32,000 nt of DNA from Erysipelotrichaceae bacterium MTC7 (GTDB taxonomy: Bacteria; Bacillota_I; Bacilli_A; Erysipelotrichales; Erysipelotrichaceae), in contig LVZN01000012.1 in assembly GCA_001695645.1 (NCBI GenBank), forward strand, positions 120,001-152,000. The letters run 5' to 3'. Below, piece by piece: positions 10,459 through 17,228 of the stretch. A program made the translations under genes and the position numbers. Position 1 is the stretch's first letter. The number at the start of each line of letters is the position of its first letter. The notes under the pieces are model-generated. The model saw nothing but the letters and a program-made list of their open reading frames with translations, did no database searches and had not been told where the DNA came from.

Positions 10459-10467
10459 AGTATATCA
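10459..10467 (-). promoter_or_regulatory. Extended -10 promoter of cca, leaderless geometry
   Basis: The minus strand reads TGaTATACT. Six nt (gaatgt, no SD) follow, then ATG 10452. The A of the ATG is 7 nt from the end of the -10. Confidence 0.5.
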
Positions 10468-10485
10468 TAAAAATAGTTCATAAAG

Positions 10486-10512
10486 TTAGCACTTAACTAT
10501 TGACAGTGCTAA
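10486..10512 (+). promoter_or_regulatory. CIRCE operator 1 of clpB overlapping the -35
   Basis: TTAGCACTT-N9-CAGTGCTAA has the same variant arms as hrcA CIRCE-1, and TTGACA is embedded in the same way. Confidence 0.85.
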
Positions 10513-10527
10513 TAATTGGTGTATAAT
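10500..10527 (+). promoter_or_regulatory. Sigma-A type promoter of clpB
   Basis: TTGACA (10500..10505), 16-nt spacer, TATAAT (10522..10527). Confidence 0.8.
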
Positions 10528-10531
10528 ATCA

Positions 10532-10558
10532 TTAGCACTCAATGTAGTAGAGTGCTAA
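10532..10558 (+). promoter_or_regulatory. CIRCE operator 2 of clpB (perfect consensus) in the 5' leader
   Basis: TTAGCACTC-aatgtagta-GAGTGCTAA matches the consensus 18/18. It lies 4 nt after the -10 and is followed by SD AAGGAGGA. Confidence 0.92.
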
Positions 10559-10574
10559 AATAAGGAGGATACAT

Positions 10575-13148
10575 ATGAATTTTGAAAAGATGTCATCAAG
10601 TCTTCAAGAAGTCTTCGTGAAGGCAATTGAATTAGCGAAAAGTGAAAAGCATGCAAGTGTTGACACCATTCACTTATTAAAAATCCTTTTTGAAAGTGAA
10701 GTCCTTGATGGATTATATAAACGATTACATATAAACAAGCAACATGCGCTTGTCTTAATTGACGATGAATTAAAAAATATCGCACAGAGTTCAGGAGAAC
10801 CGATGCTTAGTAAAGAAGTAAGTGATGCTTATAACAAAGCACAAGCATGGTCAAATGAACATCAAGAAGAGTATTTGGGATGTGCATCAATGTGGATTGC
10901 ATTAATGGCAAACAAATCGTACATTTCAAAACTGTTACGAAAACAAACAGGTTTCATTGAAAAAGAAGCCTATGCACAAGAATTGGAAAGACGAGGTGAT
11001 AAAATCATGGATACACCGAATGCAGAAAACAATTTAGAAGCACTTAGTAAATATGGACGTGATCTAGTTGAAGATGTAAAAAATGGTAAAATCGACCCTG
11101 TGATTGGCCGTGACGATGAAATTCGTAGAGTCATTCAGATCCTTTCACGTAAGACGAAGAATAATCCAATTTTAATTGGTGAGCCTGGAGTTGGTAAAAC
11201 AGCCATTGTAGAAGGAATCGCTTGGCGTATCTTTAAAGGGGATGTACCTTTTGGGTTGCGCGAAAAGAAATTGATTGAATTGGATATGGGTTCTTTGATT
11301 GCGGGAGCAAAATTCCGTGGAGAATTTGAAGAACGTCTGAAAGCCGTATTAGAAGAAGTACAACAAGCAAATGGAAACATCATTTTATTTATTGATGAAA
11401 TTCACAACCTTGTTGGTGCAGGGAAAACAGAAGGTTCAATGGATGCAGCAAACTTGTTGAAACCACTACTAGCACGTGGAGAACTTCGCTGTATTGGTGC
11501 TACAACGTTCAATGAATACCGTCAATACATTGAAAAAGATGCAGCTCTTGAACGTAGATTTCAACGTGTACAAGTAAATGAACCAACTTTGGAAGATACG
11601 ATTGCCATTTTGCGTGGATTGAAAGATCGTTTTGAATCGTACCATGGAGTTCGTATTTTAGATGAAGCGATTATTAGTGCAGCAACATTGTCCAATCGCT
11701 ACATTACCGATCGTTTCTTGCCGGATAAAGCGATTGATTTAATTGATGAAGCGTGTGCCCATTTACGTGTTGAAATGGATTCCATGCCAGAAGAAATCGA
11801 TGAATTGATGCGTAAAATTATGCAACTAGAAATTGAAGAAACAGCCTTGAAAAACGAAGATGATACCAAAAGTATTGATCGCTTGGCAAGTATTCGTGAA
11901 GAATTAAAACAACTGAAAGCAACTAAGGATGAGCTTTATACAAAATGGAATGATGAAAAAGCTGTCTTGGAAGAATCAAAGAAAGCAAAAGTCTTATTAG
12001 AAAAAGCTCGTCTTGATTTGGAACAAGCACAAAGTGATGGACGTTATGAAGAAGCGGCAAAACTACAATATGAAACCATTCCTAACCTGGAAAAACAAAT
12101 CAAAGAAGAAGAAAGTCGTGTAAAAAATGATTCCTTAATTTCAGAAACGGTAACGGAAGAAGATGTAGCAGTTATTGTTAGTAAATGGAGCGGTGTCGAG
12201 GTAAGTCGTTTGGTGGAAAGTGAACGTAAAAAATTACTTGCTTTGAAAGACATTTTGGAACAACGTGTCGTTGGTCAAGAAGAAGCTCTTACCTTGGTAA
12301 CAGATGCGATTTTACGTAGTAAAGCTCAAATCCAAGATGAAAATCGTCCAATTGGAAGTTTCTTGTTTTTAGGACCAACCGGAGTTGGTAAAACCGAAGT
12401 TGCAAAAGCGCTTGCTGAACAACTATTTGATAGTGAGGATCATATCATTCGTATTGATATGTCCGAATATATGGAAAAACACAGTGTCTCTCGTTTGATT
12501 GGAGCTCCTCCAGGATACGTTGGTTATGAAGAAGGTGGACAACTTAGTGAAGCAGTGCGTCGTAATCCGTATTCAATTGTCCTTTTTGACGAAGTGGAAA
12601 AAGCACACCCAGATGTATTTAATGTACTTTTACAAGTATTGGATGATGGACGTATCACCGATTCTAAAGGTGTGACTGTTGACTTTAAAAACACCATCTT
12701 AATCATGACAAGTAACATTGGTAGTCAATATGCATTTGATGAAGATACACATGACATGAAAACGAAATATATGGGAGAAGTTAAAAACTACTTCAAACCA
12801 GAATTTATCAACCGTATTGATGAAATTGTTGTCTTTAATGCGTTGGATCACGATATGTTAGTAAAAGTTGCAGCAAAATTTATGCAAGAATTACAAGCAC
12901 GTCTGTTTAAAAAAGATATCCGTCTTGAAGCAAGTCAAGCTGTTTATGATGCAATCGTGGCACAAGGTGTGGATCCTGTTTATGGAGCTAGACCAATGCG
13001 TCGTTACATTCAACGAAACATTGAAACGCTTATTGCAAAAGAAATGCTCTCTCAAGGAATTCATCCAGATGATGTTATTTATCTAGATTATGATAACAAG
13101 GAAGATGCATATACAGCACAAATTCGTGCGGCAAGTTTAATTGCTTAA
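10575..13148 (+). CDS. clpB: ATP-dependent disaggregase ClpB
   Basis: There are two AAA+ modules (Walker [10 protein letters not shown] and GPTGVGKTE; Walker [10 protein letters not shown] and [10 protein letters not shown]). A long coiled-coil middle domain sits between them. Length is 857 aa and the SD is strong. Confidence 0.95.
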   Translation: MNFEKMSSSLQEVFVKAIELAKSEKHASVDTIHLLKILFESEVLDGLYKRLHINKQHALVLIDDELKNIAQSSGEPMLSKEVSDAYNKAQAWSNEHQEEYLGCASMWIALMANKSYISKLLRKQTGFIEKEAYAQELERRGDKIMDTPNAENNLEALSKYGRDLVEDVKNGKIDPVIGRDDEIRRVIQILSRKTKNNPILIGEPGVGKTAIVEGIAWRIFKGDVPFGLREKKLIELDMGSLIAGAKFRGEFEERLKAVLEEVQQANGNIILFIDEIHNLVGAGKTEGSMDAANLLKPLLARGELRCIGATTFNEYRQYIEKDAALERRFQRVQVNEPTLEDTIAILRGLKDRFESYHGVRILDEAIISAATLSNRYITDRFLPDKAIDLIDEACAHLRVEMDSMPEEIDELMRKIMQLEIEETALKNEDDTKSIDRLASIREELKQLKATKDELYTKWNDEKAVLEESKKAKVLLEKARLDLEQAQSDGRYEEAAKLQYETIPNLEKQIKEEESRVKNDSLISETVTEEDVAVIVSKWSGVEVSRLVESERKKLLALKDILEQRVVGQEEALTLVTDAILRSKAQIQDENRPIGSFLFLGPTGVGKTEVAKALAEQLFDSEDHIIRIDMSEYMEKHSVSRLIGAPPGYVGYEEGGQLSEAVRRNPYSIVLFDEVEKAHPDVFNVLLQVLDDGRITDSKGVTVDFKNTILIMTSNIGSQYAFDEDTHDMKTKYMGEVKNYFKPEFINRIDEIVVFNALDHDMLVKVAAKFMQELQARLFKKDIRLEASQAVYDAIVAQGVDPVYGARPMRRYIQRNIETLIAKEMLSQGIHPDDVIYLDYDNKEDAYTAQIRAASLIA

Positions 13149-13149
13149 G

Positions 13150-13176
13150 AAAAAGTGGAGAAATCCACTTTTTTTA
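13150..13176 (+). terminator. Rho-independent terminator after clpB
   Basis: AGTGGA (13154..13159), loop gaaa, TCCACT (13164..13169), then TTTTTT, with an A-run upstream. Confidence 0.8.
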
Positions 13177-13204
13177 GTGCTTGTTTTCCATTGTTGGTTT
13201 TGTT

Positions 13205-13233
13205 GTGAAATCCATGAACATCAGTGCTATAAT
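13205..13233 (+). promoter_or_regulatory. Putative extended -10 promoter of the LUD-domain gene
   Basis: GTGAAA (13205..13210), 17 nt including TGc, then TATAAT (13228..13233). Confidence 0.45.
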
Positions 13234-13285
13234 TTACTTACAAATATAGAGTCAGATGTATGATGATGTGAAATGAGGTGAATGT

Positions 13286-13933
13286 ATGGATGCAAATGTA
13301 AGAGCAATAAAGGATGTAAAACTAGAAAAGGTAAAAAAGAATTTAGAGAAACATAATATGGAAGCCATCATCTTTGAAACAAAAGAAGATGTTGTGAACT
13401 TTTTAGATGAAACGATTGCAAGTGGAAGTGAAGTCAGTTTTGGTGGCTCAGAGACGATTAAAGAAACTGGTGTGTTAGCTATGTTGCAAGAAAAGGACAT
13501 TGTTTTATATGATCGTTATCAACCAGGACTTGATGATCAAGCGATGAAAACGATTTTTCGTAAAGCGTTTTTCTGTGATTACTATATTATGAGTAGCAAC
13601 GCCATTACAGAAGATGGAGAACTATTTAACATTGATGGAAATGGAAATCGTGTCGCTGCGTTAACCTATGGCCCAAGTAAGGTGTACATTGTAGCTGGTG
13701 AAAACAAAATAGTAACAAATGTCGATGCGGCAATTGACCGTTTGCGCAATGTAGCTTCACCAATGAACGGGATTCGTTTACATAAGAAAACACCATGTGC
13801 AGTGACAGGTAATTGTAACGATTGCGCAAGTACGGAACGCATGTGTTCTCACTATGTATTGACTCGACAACAAGGACTACGAAATAAAAATCGAATTGCG
13901 GTTTTACTCGTAAAAGAGAATTTAGGATATTAG
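13286..13933 (+). CDS. LUD-domain (LutC/YkgG-like, DUF162) protein with C-terminal Cys cluster
   Basis: SFGGSETIKETGVL ... YIMSSNAITEDGELFNIDGNGNRVAALTYGPSKVYIVAGENKIV is the pattern I recognise for stand-alone 'lactate utilization protein' LUD domains. The C-terminus has CAVTGNCNDCASTERMC (C-x5-C-x2-C-x6-C). SD GAGGTG lies 5 nt upstream. Confidence 0.7.
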   Translation: MDANVRAIKDVKLEKVKKNLEKHNMEAIIFETKEDVVNFLDETIASGSEVSFGGSETIKETGVLAMLQEKDIVLYDRYQPGLDDQAMKTIFRKAFFCDYYIMSSNAITEDGELFNIDGNGNRVAALTYGPSKVYIVAGENKIVTNVDAAIDRLRNVASPMNGIRLHKKTPCAVTGNCNDCASTERMCSHYVLTRQQGLRNKNRIAVLLVKENLGY

Positions 13934-13952
13934 TCCTAAATCCTCTTTTTTT
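13921..13952 (+). terminator. Possible weak terminator after the LUD gene
   Basis: TTTAGGA (13921..13927), loop tattag, TCCTAAA (13934..13940), then tcctc and TTTTTTT. The stem is AT-rich and there is a 5-nt gap before the T-run. Confidence 0.4.
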
Positions 13953-13981
13953 ATGATATTCATCAAGTTTTTTGCTATAAT
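13953..13981 (+). promoter_or_regulatory. Putative extended -10 promoter of cysE
   Basis: ATGATA (13953..13958), 17 nt including TGc, then TATAAT (13976..13981). The ORF-track ATG 13988 lies 6 nt after the -10. Confidence 0.5.
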
Positions 13982-14029
13982 AAATCTATGTCCTATGGCA
14001 TAATAGATAAAGTAAAGTCAGGAGATACT

Positions 14030-14551
14030 ATGTTTGAGGGAATAAGAGCGCAAATTAAACATACAAAAGAAGCGGATCCGGCTGCACGTAGTGCATTTGA
14101 AATCATTGTTTTATATCCACATATTAAAGCATTATTTTTCTACCGAATCGCGCATTTCTTATATAAGATTCATTTGTATTTTTTAGCAAGATTAACATCG
14201 AACATTGCTCGAAATTGGGTAGGGATTGAAATCCACCCTGGAGCAGTGATTGGTAAAGGATTATTAATTGATCATGGAATGGGGGTTGTTATTGGGGAAA
14301 CAGCCATCGTCGGAGACTATTGTACCATCTATCATCAAGTAACACTTGGGGGAACTGGAAAAGAACACTGCAAACGCCATCCAACACTGGAAGACCATGT
14401 GATGGTTGGAGCAGGTGCAAAGGTGCTTGGTAACATTACCATTGGAAGTCATGCAAAAGTAGGTTCTAACGCGGTAGTGACACATGATGTAGCACCACAT
14501 ACGAGTGTTGTTGGTATACCAGCAAAGGAAGTCAAAAAGAGGGGCGTTTAA
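14030..14551 (+). CDS. cysE: Serine O-acetyltransferase
   Basis: The CysE N-terminal helix region is EADPAARSAFEIIVLYPHIKALFFYRIAH. The hexapeptide-repeat core is GIEIHPGAVIGKGLLIDHGMGVVIGETAIVGDYCTIYHQVTLGG...HPTLEDHVMVGAGAKVLG. ATG 14030 has SD AGGAGA 4 nt upstream. An in-frame ATG at 13988 (ORF track) is the alternative start. Confidence 0.9.
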   Translation: MFEGIRAQIKHTKEADPAARSAFEIIVLYPHIKALFFYRIAHFLYKIHLYFLARLTSNIARNWVGIEIHPGAVIGKGLLIDHGMGVVIGETAIVGDYCTIYHQVTLGGTGKEHCKRHPTLEDHVMVGAGAKVLGNITIGSHAKVGSNAVVTHDVAPHTSVVGIPAKEVKKRGV

Positions 14552-16165
14552 ATGAAAGACATCGTTTACATCACAGGACATAAAAATCCTGATAGTGATT
14601 CCATTTGTGCTGCAATTGCATATGCAGATTTGAAAAATCAATGTGGAGTACAAGCAAAAGCAACACGACTTGGAAAAATCAACAATGAAACAAAATTTGT
14701 TTTGGATCGGTTTCAACTAGATGAACCGGATTTAATGATTAGTGCAAAAGCTGCACTACGCGATATTGATTTGGATTGTGCTGTGCGTGTCGACATTCAT
14801 ACAACACTACGTCGCGCGTGGGACCTTTGCTTGGAATATAATACGCATACCGTTTATGTTGTAGATGAAAATAACCAAATGTTAGGATTAACAACCTTAT
14901 CGGATATTTCAAAAATTCAAATGCAGGATTTAAATATTACGAAAGATTTACTAAAAGAAACTCCATTGGAAAACCTTGTACAATCACTTAAGGGTGACTT
15001 CATTTACAAAGGGACACTTGAACGCAGTGGGTTTGTTCGTATTGCAGATAAGAAGTTAATGGAACGTGATATTACCGGAAACATTATGGTGTTAAGCGAT
15101 AATGAAGAAATCATGATGACATGTATGGAAAAAGGCTGTGCGGTAATTGCAATTGCAGAAAGCTATATTCCAACCGATAAAATCATCAATAAAGCGATGG
15201 AGTTAGGGGTTACTTTAATTCGTACGCAATATAACATTATGAAAATATTACAAATGATTTATCGTGCGATTCCTGTTGGTTTAACGATGACTGGCGTCGA
15301 GCATATCCAAAAATTTAATGGAAATGAATATGTAGAAGATGTAGCGAAAATGATGTTACAAAAACGGTATCGTAACTATCCTGTGTTTATGAATGGGGTA
15401 TTGGTTGGCAGTATGGGACGTTATCACGTACTTAAATACAACCGCAAAAAATTGATTCTTGTGGATCACAATGAACGTAGTCAAAGTATTGATGATATTG
15501 AATACGGAAATATTCTGGAAATCGTTGATCACCACCGTATTGGTGACATTGAAACAAGTCAGCCGATTAGTTTCCGTGCCCAAACTGTGGGTAGTACATG
15601 TACAATAGTTGCACAAATGTATCAAGAAAAAGGTAAGACACCTTCAAAAGCGATTGCTGGAGCCATGCTTTGTGCGATCATTTCTGATACGATGAACTTT
15701 AATTCGCCAACTTGTACACAAACCGATATCGCAGTCGCAAAGGAACTTGCTGCATTACATGATATTGATTTACAAGAACTGGCAACGGACATGTTCAAGG
15801 CAAGTGCCAATATTGATGATAAAAGTAATCGTGACATTCTTTATACCGATTTTAAAGAATACGATTTGGCTGGAAAGCAAATTGCAATTGGACAAGCATA
15901 CATTTATGATATGTCGACATTAAGTAAAGTGGAAAAAGATTTCCAAAAGTTCTTGGAACAAGAAAACGAAATCTTAAAATACGATTTATTAATGATGGCT
16001 TTCTCGAACGTAGAAGGCAAGGGAAGTAAATTTATGTATACGGGTAAACTAAGCAATGCGATAGATACAACCTTTATGGATGGGCACGAAGAAGGTGGAT
16101 ACATGGAAGGACTTGTATCACGTAAGAAGCAAATTGTTCCTAAAATTGCACAATTATTAAAATAA
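14552..16165 (+). CDS. CBS-domain-containing family II inorganic pyrophosphatase (DHH-CBS-DRTGG-DHHA2 architecture)
   Basis: The DHH N-terminus is ITGHKNPDSDSICAAIAYA, with VDHNE and DHHRIGD further on. An inserted regulatory region of about 250 aa includes the CBS-like stretch TVYVVDENNQMLGLTTLSDI. The C-terminus is DHHA2-like. The ATG directly abuts the cysE TAA. Confidence 0.82.
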   Translation: MKDIVYITGHKNPDSDSICAAIAYADLKNQCGVQAKATRLGKINNETKFVLDRFQLDEPDLMISAKAALRDIDLDCAVRVDIHTTLRRAWDLCLEYNTHTVYVVDENNQMLGLTTLSDISKIQMQDLNITKDLLKETPLENLVQSLKGDFIYKGTLERSGFVRIADKKLMERDITGNIMVLSDNEEIMMTCMEKGCAVIAIAESYIPTDKIINKAMELGVTLIRTQYNIMKILQMIYRAIPVGLTMTGVEHIQKFNGNEYVEDVAKMMLQKRYRNYPVFMNGVLVGSMGRYHVLKYNRKKLILVDHNERSQSIDDIEYGNILEIVDHHRIGDIETSQPISFRAQTVGSTCTIVAQMYQEKGKTPSKAIAGAMLCAIISDTMNFNSPTCTQTDIAVAKELAALHDIDLQELATDMFKASANIDDKSNRDILYTDFKEYDLAGKQIAIGQAYIYDMSTLSKVEKDFQKFLEQENEILKYDLLMMAFSNVEGKGSKFMYTGKLSNAIDTTFMDGHEEGGYMEGLVSRKKQIVPKIAQLLK

Positions 16166-16190
16166 GTACTCTTTCACAGAGTGCTTTTTC
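16166..16190 (+). terminator. Rho-independent terminator after the pyrophosphatase gene
   Basis: AGTACTCT (16166..16172), loop ttcac, AGAGTGCT (one G-U pair), then TTTTT. Confidence 0.7.
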
Positions 16191-16201
16191 TATGGAAGAA
16201 A

Positions 16202-16210
16202 TGCTATAGT
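16202..16210 (+). promoter_or_regulatory. Extended -10 promoter upstream of the leader ORF/GNAT gene
   Basis: TGcTATAGT. The predicted start is about 16217, just before the SD AAGGAGGTGG. Confidence 0.5.
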
Positions 16211-16233
16211 ATATCTATAAGGAGGTGGTTAGC

Positions 16234-16341
16234 ATGATGCGAATAAGAAAAACGATCAAAATCATGTATGAAGTCCACCGATTGACAATGCATACAAATG
16301 ATCGAAACATTATGGTGGTCGGAAAGAATCTATGCTTATAA
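16234..16341 (+). CDS. Speculative 35-codon upstream/leader ORF (MMRIRKTIKIMYEVHRLTMHTNDRNIMVVGKNLCL)
   Basis: It is not in the ORF track because it is too short. It has the best SD in the region (AAGGAGGTGG, 5 nt spacing). Its stop TAA (16339..16341) lies 10 nt inside the GNAT ORF, so the two overlap as ATGCTTATAA. Confidence 0.3.
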   Translation: MMRIRKTIKIMYEVHRLTMHTNDRNIMVVGKNLCL

Positions 16342-17192
16342 AAAAACTTGAAACAAATGAAGAATACAAACAAATCATAAACATGAAAGCTAGCAGTTCT
16401 GCGCAAAACGGGTTTCTTAAAGAAATACTTGAGCAAGGTAAGTTTACGTTTGATAACATCTTGATAATGGTTGATGATAGATGTGTTGTTGGACGCGCTT
16501 TGTTGCATCATAATAACTTGAACTTACTTACTTTTGAATCTGATGTTCCAGAAGCAGAAGCAACAAACTTTGTGCAACAATGTCTAACGCACTTACATGG
16601 TGATGTAGAAGTGCATTTATATAGCGATAAAATCAATCATGATTCGACACGGGATGCATTATTGTCAGCTGGCTTTATGATTATGCAAAAGAAATATAGT
16701 TATGTAAGTACACCAACGATACAAACTTCTTTTCTTCAAATAAAAACAGCGAATACAGCAAACCGTGAAGACTTTTTGCAAGCGTTTATCGCTGTAAGTA
16801 AAGACAATTTAGATACAAGCATTCGCTTGCAAAATGAGCGTTATGGAATCAATCGTGGTAGCGAGATGTTACTGGAGGCAATCGAGGTACATAAAAAGGA
16901 TCCAAGTGCTTGGATGCTTGCGTATCACGATGAACAACTTGTTGGTTTTGTGATTGTGACAATCACGGGAACACAAAGCGCGGGTATTAGTTATATTGGT
17001 GTACTCCCAGAACACAGAGGACATGGTTATGCAAAAGAACTGTTGCATCTAGCAAGTACGTACTGTGCAAGGCATCATATAGTTGTTCTTGTCGCTGATA
17101 CGGATGAAGAAAACATACCGATGCAACGTGCACTAAACGATACTTTGTATACGTATAGCTGCAGTGAATTGGTTTTCTTCAAACAAGTGTAA
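16332..17192 (+). CDS. GNAT-family N-acetyltransferase (degenerate N-terminal half plus canonical C-terminal GNAT domain)
   Basis: The acetyl-CoA binding motif A is GFVIVTI...ISYIGVLPEHRGHGYAKELL. The upstream frame is closed by TGA at 16299, so ATG 16332 is the only plausible start. It has only a weak SD (GGAAAG). Confidence 0.8.
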   Translation: MLIKKLETNEEYKQIINMKASSSAQNGFLKEILEQGKFTFDNILIMVDDRCVVGRALLHHNNLNLLTFESDVPEAEATNFVQQCLTHLHGDVEVHLYSDKINHDSTRDALLSAGFMIMQKKYSYVSTPTIQTSFLQIKTANTANREDFLQAFIAVSKDNLDTSIRLQNERYGINRGSEMLLEAIEVHKKDPSAWMLAYHDEQLVGFVIVTITGTQSAGISYIGVLPEHRGHGYAKELLHLASTYCARHHIVVLVADTDEENIPMQRALNDTLYTYSCSELVFFKQV

Positions 17193-17218
17193 AAAAAACT
17201 GCAACTGCAGTTTTTTTT
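17191..17218. terminator. Bidirectional rho-independent terminator between GNAT and the MutS-family gene
   Basis: A8-CTGC-aact-GCAG-T8 is a symmetric A-run/hairpin/T-run between convergent genes. Confidence 0.75.
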
Positions 17219-17228
17219 GATACAAAGA

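Noticed and set aside
13934-14029. A T-box or other riboswitch might lie upstream of cysE.
   Set aside because: The gap is only about 96 nt and is accounted for by a terminator-like hairpin, a promoter and an SD. There is no specifier-loop or T-box sequence and no extended structure.
14264-14716. A 150-aa minus-strand ORF spans the cysE/pyrophosphatase junction. It is the longest unexplained ORF in the track.
   Set aside because: It is codon-aligned antisense to both genes, so its stops would require sense TTA, CTA or TCA codons. These are scarce in the Leu/Ser-poor hexapeptide-repeat region. The peptide is Cys-rich and low-complexity, there is no SD or promoter, and both sense genes have strong family signatures.
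16215-16511. A 98-aa minus-strand ORF overlaps the leader ORF and the GNAT 5' end.
   Set aside because: It has no SD or promoter and a hydrophobic, junk-like composition. It lies antisense to a promoter/SD/ATG arrangement that reads convincingly on the plus strand.
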